A DNA stretch of 64,000 nt, taken from positions 126 to 64,125 of the forward strand of contig JAHJGX010000253.1 of assembly GCA_018824205.1 (NCBI GenBank), written 5' to 3'. A program made the translations under genes and the position numbers. Shown one piece after another: positions 59,146-64,000 of the stretch. The stretch is from a bacterium. GTDB taxonomy: Bacteria > Fidelibacterota > UBA2242. The notes under the pieces were generated by a model. That model ran no database searches. It had not been told where the DNA came from and saw only the letters and a list, made by a program, of their open reading frames with translations. The first letter of the stretch is position 1. Each line of letters starts with the position of its first letter.

Positions 59146-60450
59146 TCATTTTTGCGGTTTGCCGGGTGTGTTTTTAAATGTGCGCTCAGGCAGATCTTCA
59201 TTCTGCTTGTCAATAATAATATTGGGGCCGGACGGATTTTTTTGAATGTCAAATTCATCATACAGCTCTCCGGTTACGGTGTATGATTTAAAATTTAAAA
59301 CATCTTCCTCAACACGAATGACATGATACAACTGGGTGTTCTCGGCACTGCGAGTCATCCAGCGGTCGTCAGTTAAATCATACTGTTTAGGACCGCTGAC
59401 GGATACAACGTAGACAATACCGTCTTCTGCATCAATATTACCCCCCCGGGCATAGGTGTGGTCATGACCATTAAGGACGAGATCAACAGCATATTTTCGA
59501 AAAAGGGGCTGCCAGCTACGGCGAATTTCTTCCTGGTCGCGGCCACGGGCGCCGGAATAAATCGGATGATGGAATGATACCACGGTCCAGCGGTTTGAGT
59601 TATTTTCAGAAATTTTTTCAATCCATTTGGCTTGATCTCCGATGAGTTCATTTGAATTCAGTACAATTACCCGCACCCCCTGAAAATCGATGAAATAATT
59701 ACTCTCAGTCAGTTTAATAATACCGTTTTCAGGCAGGGTGAACTGGGGAAACCAGTAGGGTGTAATTTGCCGTTTTTCGCTTAGTTTATGGTAATATTCA
59801 TGATTTCCGACGACCGGAATCGAGGGAACCATAGCGTTTATCCAGCCGGCCGCTTTGAACCACTTACTCCATTGTGTATAAGAATCGGCATTGGAGACCA
59901 GATCGCCGCCGTGAATGATAAAACGGCTGTCCGGTGCGGTGCCGTAGGCGGCCCGGATTGCCCGTGACCAGAGAGACAGCAGGGCGTTTTGTCCGTCACC
60001 TAAATAGATAAATGTAAAGGGTTGAGGTTTTTCACTGGCCGTTCGAAATTGGAACCATTCGCTCCAGTTTTCTTCCGAGCCGACGCGGTAAGCGTACAGA
60101 GTATTGGCCTTGAGGCCATCGAATGTCGCCGAATGATAATTTGCGGAATAATTCTCAACTACAAATGATTCAGTGACCGCATTGATTCCTTTGGAATAGT
60201 ATGTAAAATTCGGTGACGCCTCGGCCTCTGCAATTTCAGCCCAGGATTGTTTTATCGACGTATCTGTTCGCCAGGTCACGGATTGCGTATTTACCGGATT
60301 GTCGCTCCAGGTTAATATCACATGGTCCGGAATTTTAGTCGGGAAAGGATTGTGGGCAGCATCGGTCCAGTCCGCGGCGTTTATTATCATTAAATTTTGC
60401 ACTAGTAGTAAAACAGCAAAACCAATGATATTTCGAAAAGATTTTCTCAT
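59146..60450 (-). CDS. Secreted metallophosphoesterase (purple acid phosphatase-like)
   Basis: GDGQN, GGDLV and VVGNHE calcineurin-like motifs, plus a signal peptide. Confidence 0.8.
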   Translation of the reverse strand: MRKSFRNIIGFAVLLLVQNLMIINAADWTDAAHNPFPTKIPDHVILTWSDNPVNTQSVTWRTDTSIKQSWAEIAEAEASPNFTYYSKGINAVTESFVVENYSANYHSATFDGLKANTLYAYRVGSEENWSEWFQFRTASEKPQPFTFIYLGDGQNALLSLWSRAIRAAYGTAPDSRFIIHGGDLVSNADSYTQWSKWFKAAGWINAMVPSIPVVGNHEYYHKLSEKRQITPYWFPQFTLPENGIIKLTESNYFIDFQGVRVIVLNSNELIGDQAKWIEKISENNSNRWTVVSFHHPIYSGARGRDQEEIRRSWQPLFRKYAVDLVLNGHDHTYARGGNIDAEDGIVYVVSVSGPKQYDLTDDRWMTRSAENTQLYHVIRVEEDVLNFKSYTVTGELYDEFDIQKNPSGPNIIIDKQNEDLPERTFKNTPGKPQK

Positions 60451-60539
60451 GGATAATAGCCTTTCTTTTAAAAAGATTTCAATAGTGTGTAGCCGGTTAT
60501 GTTTTTCTAACGAAAATCATGCAATAAAAAATCGGGTGT

Positions 60540-61082
60540 TTACAGGATAAAAACAACTGCTGCAACGACAGTTGTCCAGAGCCCCTTTTTATCTCCCTGC
60601 GCCGATTGGGTGAGCTGGCTGGTACGGATAATCATTCCGCTGGAATGATAAATTTGCTTCCGTTCGTCCCAGGCCTGCTCAGGATCAAACTCAATTCCCC
60701 GGGTCGTCGCCAGCATGGTGGCGGCCAGGTCCTCGGCGTAATCGCCGGCCACTTCATCGGTTTGCCCGAATGAGTGGTGTTCGGAAATATAGCCATAAGC
60801 ATCGGCGTCGGAGGGTATGGCGATCCCCACAGATGCGGCGATCAGACGGTTTGGTTCATTGGTTGAGTTTTTGGACATCACGACAAACGTAATCTGGCCG
60901 GGCTTAAGCATTTGCACCCCATTTTTCTTCGAAACTTTTTTACAGCCGGGCGGCAGAATGCTGGAAACCGTCACCAGGTTACATTGCTGAATACCGGCAT
61001 TCCGAAGGGCTAATTCAAAGGACTGTAAATAATCTTTGTGTCGTCCTTTACCTTTGGTAATGAAATAATATTTAGGTATCAT
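60540..61082 (-). CDS. pdaD: Pyruvoyl-dependent arginine decarboxylase
   Basis: [10 protein letters not shown] self-cleavage Ser-Ser site and 180 aa. Confidence 0.75.
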   Translation of the reverse strand: MIPKYYFITKGKGRHKDYLQSFELALRNAGIQQCNLVTVSSILPPGCKKVSKKNGVQMLKPGQITFVVMSKNSTNEPNRLIAASVGIAIPSDADAYGYISEHHSFGQTDEVAGDYAEDLAATMLATTRGIEFDPEQAWDERKQIYHSSGMIIRTSQLTQSAQGDKKGLWTTVVAAVVFIL

Positions 61083-61225
61083 GGTGCTCTTCCTTCAATT
61101 GATCCGTTCAAATTGTTACAGCCAGAATTTACACACTTTTATTATTGGGAAAAGATGTTTATTCGTTCAACAGACGCTGTCATGGTCACCGTGCTTTTGC
61201 CAGTTCTATCCGACGAATGAATTCA

Positions 61226-63241
61226 TCAATAATGATTTGATACAAGATTTTCTATCAGATGATCTGCAGGAATGAACGGCAACGTAATATGCCCGTCATT
61301 CCGATGCTGTTTATTCCATAGCGCCGCAGTCTCAACGGCGTTCGGATTGCGCGCCCAGTTGCGCCGGGCAACTCCGCCCATGACGTCCCAGGAAAGACCT
61401 TTCCGGATTATCTCATTCGCCCGTTCGGAACCGTCGAGTAAAATGCCATTGCCCCCATTGCTGGAACGACCGATCCCGACCCCGCCGCCGTTTGATAAAA
61501 CCACCAGGGTCATACCCCGGGCAATATTTCCACCGAAACACTGGACCGACATATCGGCTGTCGTACGGCTGCCGTCATAGATATTGGCCGTTTCCCGAAA
61601 CGGTGAATCGGTGCCGGAAACATCGTGGTGGTCACGACCAAGCAGGACCGGGCCAATTTCCCCCTTGCGGATCATGTCATTGAATTTCAGGGCGATGCGG
61701 ATACGGCCCTCTTCGTCGGCATAAAGAATGCGGCATTTTGTACCAACCACCAGATTGTTCTCTTCGGCAGTTTTAATCCAGTGATAATTGTCCCGATGCA
61801 GTGAACTCAGCGCCGGATCTATACAGGATATGGTAGCCTGATCAGTTTTCCGCAAATCTTCATCATCACGGCTCAGGCAGACCCAGCGAAACGGCCCAAA
61901 TCCTTTATCAAAACAGAGTGGTCCCATAATGTCTTCCACATAAGACGGCCAGATAAAGCCTTCGGACGTATCGGTTTTGTTGTGGGCGATTTCATTAACT
62001 CCGGCATTGAAAACCGACGCCATAAAACTATTTCCATAATCCCAGAAGTGGGATCCTCTTTCAGTGAGCGTTTTTATGACGCGGTAATGACGTTCCAGGG
62101 ACTGATCAACGAGTTGACGAAATTTTTCCGGGTTGAATTGAATCAAGCTGCGGCCGTCATCAAAACTTATCCCTGCCGGTGTATATCCGCCTTCATAAAC
62201 CGCATGACAGGAGGTCTGGTCGGAAACGAGTTCAACGTTGATATTGTTCTCGGCAATATATTCCAACAAATCGACAATGTTTCCGTGATAGGCGATGGAA
62301 ACCGCTTTGCCGTTGGTTTTATAGTCACGCATCCAGGAAGCAATCTGATCGAGACTGTCGCTGACTTCAGTGACCCAGCCCTGTTCATGGCGGGTCTTGA
62401 TCCGGCTGTAATCAACCTCGGCAATAACCCCGATACCACCGGCGATTTCCACTGCTTTGGCCTGGGCGCCGGACATGCCGCCAAGCCCGGAGCTGACGAA
62501 AAAGATTCCTTTCAAATCACGGTCTTCCGGAATGCCGAGATACTTACGTCCGGCATTTAAAAGAGTGATATAGGTACCGTGAACGATACCCTGAGGCCCG
62601 ATATACATCCAGCCGCCAGCCGTCATCTGGCCGTAGTTGGAAACGCCCATGGCCGCCAGTTTTTTAAAATGCTCGGAATTGTCCCATTCCCCAACAATCA
62701 GACCGTTGGTGGAAATGACCCGCGGCGCGGAAGGGCTTGATGGAAAAAGACCAACCGGGTGACCGGAACTGACGACCAGCGTCTGCTCTTCAGTCATGTT
62801 TTCTAGATATTGTTTGATCAGCAGATACTGCATCCAATTTTGGCATACCTGACCGGTTTCACCATAAGTGACCAGTTCGTAGGGATAAAGAGCAACGTCA
62901 AAATCAAGGTTATTATCGATATTGACCTGTAGTGCCCGGGCTGCCAGAATACCTTTGTACCGATCAACCGGCTTGCCCCAGATACGGCCTTCCGGACGGT
63001 AGCGATAGCCATAGATTCGCCCCATGGTTTTCAATTCATTCAGAAATTCCGGAGCCAGTTCTGCATGCAATTCTTCCGGGATATACCGCAGGGCATTCTT
63101 CAGGGCAATGATTGTTTCATTTTTACTTAGATTGAAGCCGCGGCTCGGCGCCCGCCGAATCCCCTTGATAAATTCTTTTTTTGGAGGCAGTTCGACTAGC
63201 AATTTAATGTTCATAGCTCCGGCAATATCTCTGTTATGCAT
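61226..63241 (-). CDS. hutU: Urocanate hydratase (long form)
   Basis: GQMTAGGWMYIGPQGIVHGT and GLGGMSGAQ NAD-binding motifs. Confidence 0.8.
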   Translation of the reverse strand: MHNRDIAGAMNIKLLVELPPKKEFIKGIRRAPSRGFNLSKNETIIALKNALRYIPEELHAELAPEFLNELKTMGRIYGYRYRPEGRIWGKPVDRYKGILAARALQVNIDNNLDFDVALYPYELVTYGETGQVCQNWMQYLLIKQYLENMTEEQTLVVSSGHPVGLFPSSPSAPRVISTNGLIVGEWDNSEHFKKLAAMGVSNYGQMTAGGWMYIGPQGIVHGTYITLLNAGRKYLGIPEDRDLKGIFFVSSGLGGMSGAQAKAVEIAGGIGVIAEVDYSRIKTRHEQGWVTEVSDSLDQIASWMRDYKTNGKAVSIAYHGNIVDLLEYIAENNINVELVSDQTSCHAVYEGGYTPAGISFDDGRSLIQFNPEKFRQLVDQSLERHYRVIKTLTERGSHFWDYGNSFMASVFNAGVNEIAHNKTDTSEGFIWPSYVEDIMGPLCFDKGFGPFRWVCLSRDDEDLRKTDQATISCIDPALSSLHRDNYHWIKTAEENNLVVGTKCRILYADEEGRIRIALKFNDMIRKGEIGPVLLGRDHHDVSGTDSPFRETANIYDGSRTTADMSVQCFGGNIARGMTLVVLSNGGGVGIGRSSNGGNGILLDGSERANEIIRKGLSWDVMGGVARRNWARNPNAVETAALWNKQHRNDGHITLPFIPADHLIENLVSNHY

Positions 63242-63282
63242 TATGAATTCCTTTGATTCCCATAATTAAAACCATTTAATCT

Positions 63283-63900
63283 TTATTTGGGTAGTAACTC
63301 CTGAACCCTGGCCTGAATGGTACCGTTTTCCAGATACTGGTAGAGATTTTTACCGGGACACAGGGTTTCGGTGTAATCTTTATGGCCTTTGATATCGTAG
63401 AGCGGAACATGAAAACGTTCGACCAAGTAGGCGGTCAGTTCAATAATCGATTTCATCTGTTCTTGGTTGACCGTGGCGTTTTCGTAATTGCCCATGAGAC
63501 AGATCAATGCATGGCCGCGCGGGTCATAATCCGTATTGGTGGCGCCGGGATAGTTGATTGGCCGGGTTTCATAAATTGTGCCCGACGGTGCAATCATAAA
63601 GTGGTATGGAATATCAATCCATTTTTTTTCGGTGCGGCTCCAGTTCTGCAAATTCCGAATATGTTCAACCGGATCTTTATCAGGAGGATAATCAACACCA
63701 CCGTGGTGGATAGTTATTTTAGTGATTTCATGTTGTAGTAAAATGGTTTTCAGTGGTTTCCAGTCCCAGTCGGCTCGTCGGACAACCCCCAGTTTTTCCG
63801 GGTACTTGAGTTCCTGGATATCGATACCTTTTTTGATAGGGACAGTACATGAACTGATGCACAGAACCAGAGACAGTGTCATTATTGGTCGGATATGCAT
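63283..63900 (-). CDS. N-acetylmuramoyl-L-alanine amidase (Amidase_2/PGRP domain) lipoprotein
   Basis: Lipobox CISSC, plus ITIHH, the zinc-ligand H/C blocks and GHKDYTETLCPG. Confidence 0.7.
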   Translation of the reverse strand: MHIRPIMTLSLVLCISSCTVPIKKGIDIQELKYPEKLGVVRRADWDWKPLKTILLQHEITKITIHHGGVDYPPDKDPVEHIRNLQNWSRTEKKWIDIPYHFMIAPSGTIYETRPINYPGATNTDYDPRGHALICLMGNYENATVNQEQMKSIIELTAYLVERFHVPLYDIKGHKDYTETLCPGKNLYQYLENGTIQARVQELLPK

Positions 63901-64000
63901 TAGTAAACCTTTCTGGAAAATACGAATTAAAGTTACTTAATTCAAAACACCGTTACAACCGAAAGATCATGTCGAAGCATGTGATTTCTTGTGGAAGCAT

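Overview
This 64 kb window appears to be chromosomal DNA from a type IX secretion system (T9SS)-bearing bacterium with roughly 50% GC, probably from the Fibrobacteres-Chlorobi-Bacteroidetes (FCB) superphylum. Evidence for the lineage: SprA, PorV/PorQ-like barrels, many proteins with the NYPNPFN-type T9SS C-terminal domain (CTD), and genes preceded by canonical AGGAG Shine-Dalgarno (SD) sites. The backbone is housekeeping: metH-rubredoxin, a dtxR-feoA-feoB iron-uptake operon, typA, gap, a GH57 glucanotransferase, prmA, rdgB, hutU, pdaD, a ytrA-like ABC operon, and a T9SS cluster running from sprA to the PorV-like genes. Two accessory regions interrupt it. (1) Region 0.5-8.6 kb is an AT-rich, repeat-structured defense island. 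It holds a DUF4160/DUF2442 toxin-antitoxin-like pair, a CTD lipoprotein with a possible HEPN-motif protein, and a Type III restriction-modification system in res-mod order. Three families of direct repeats (160 bp, about 82 bp and a 20-mer) partition it into cassettes. (2) Region 23.4-27.8 kb has three copies of a previously unrecognized hairpin-rich intergenic element. The copies have 15-16 bp terminal inverted repeats and covarying stems, and so resemble MITE/BOX elements or a structured RNA. They bracket an AbiEi/AbiEii abortive-infection module and an unusual gene whose T9SS CTD sits near the N-terminus ahead of a zincin domain. Signs of gene decay and rearrangement also occur: (i) an approximately 150 bp duplication of a lipoprotein gene's promoter and 5' end that truncates an S8 protease; (ii) an in-frame TGA in a BNR-repeat T9SS gene; (iii) a TonB C-terminal remnant; (iv) an internally deleted response-regulator receiver. 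No rRNA, tRNA, CRISPR array, integrase or transposase gene was detected by eye.
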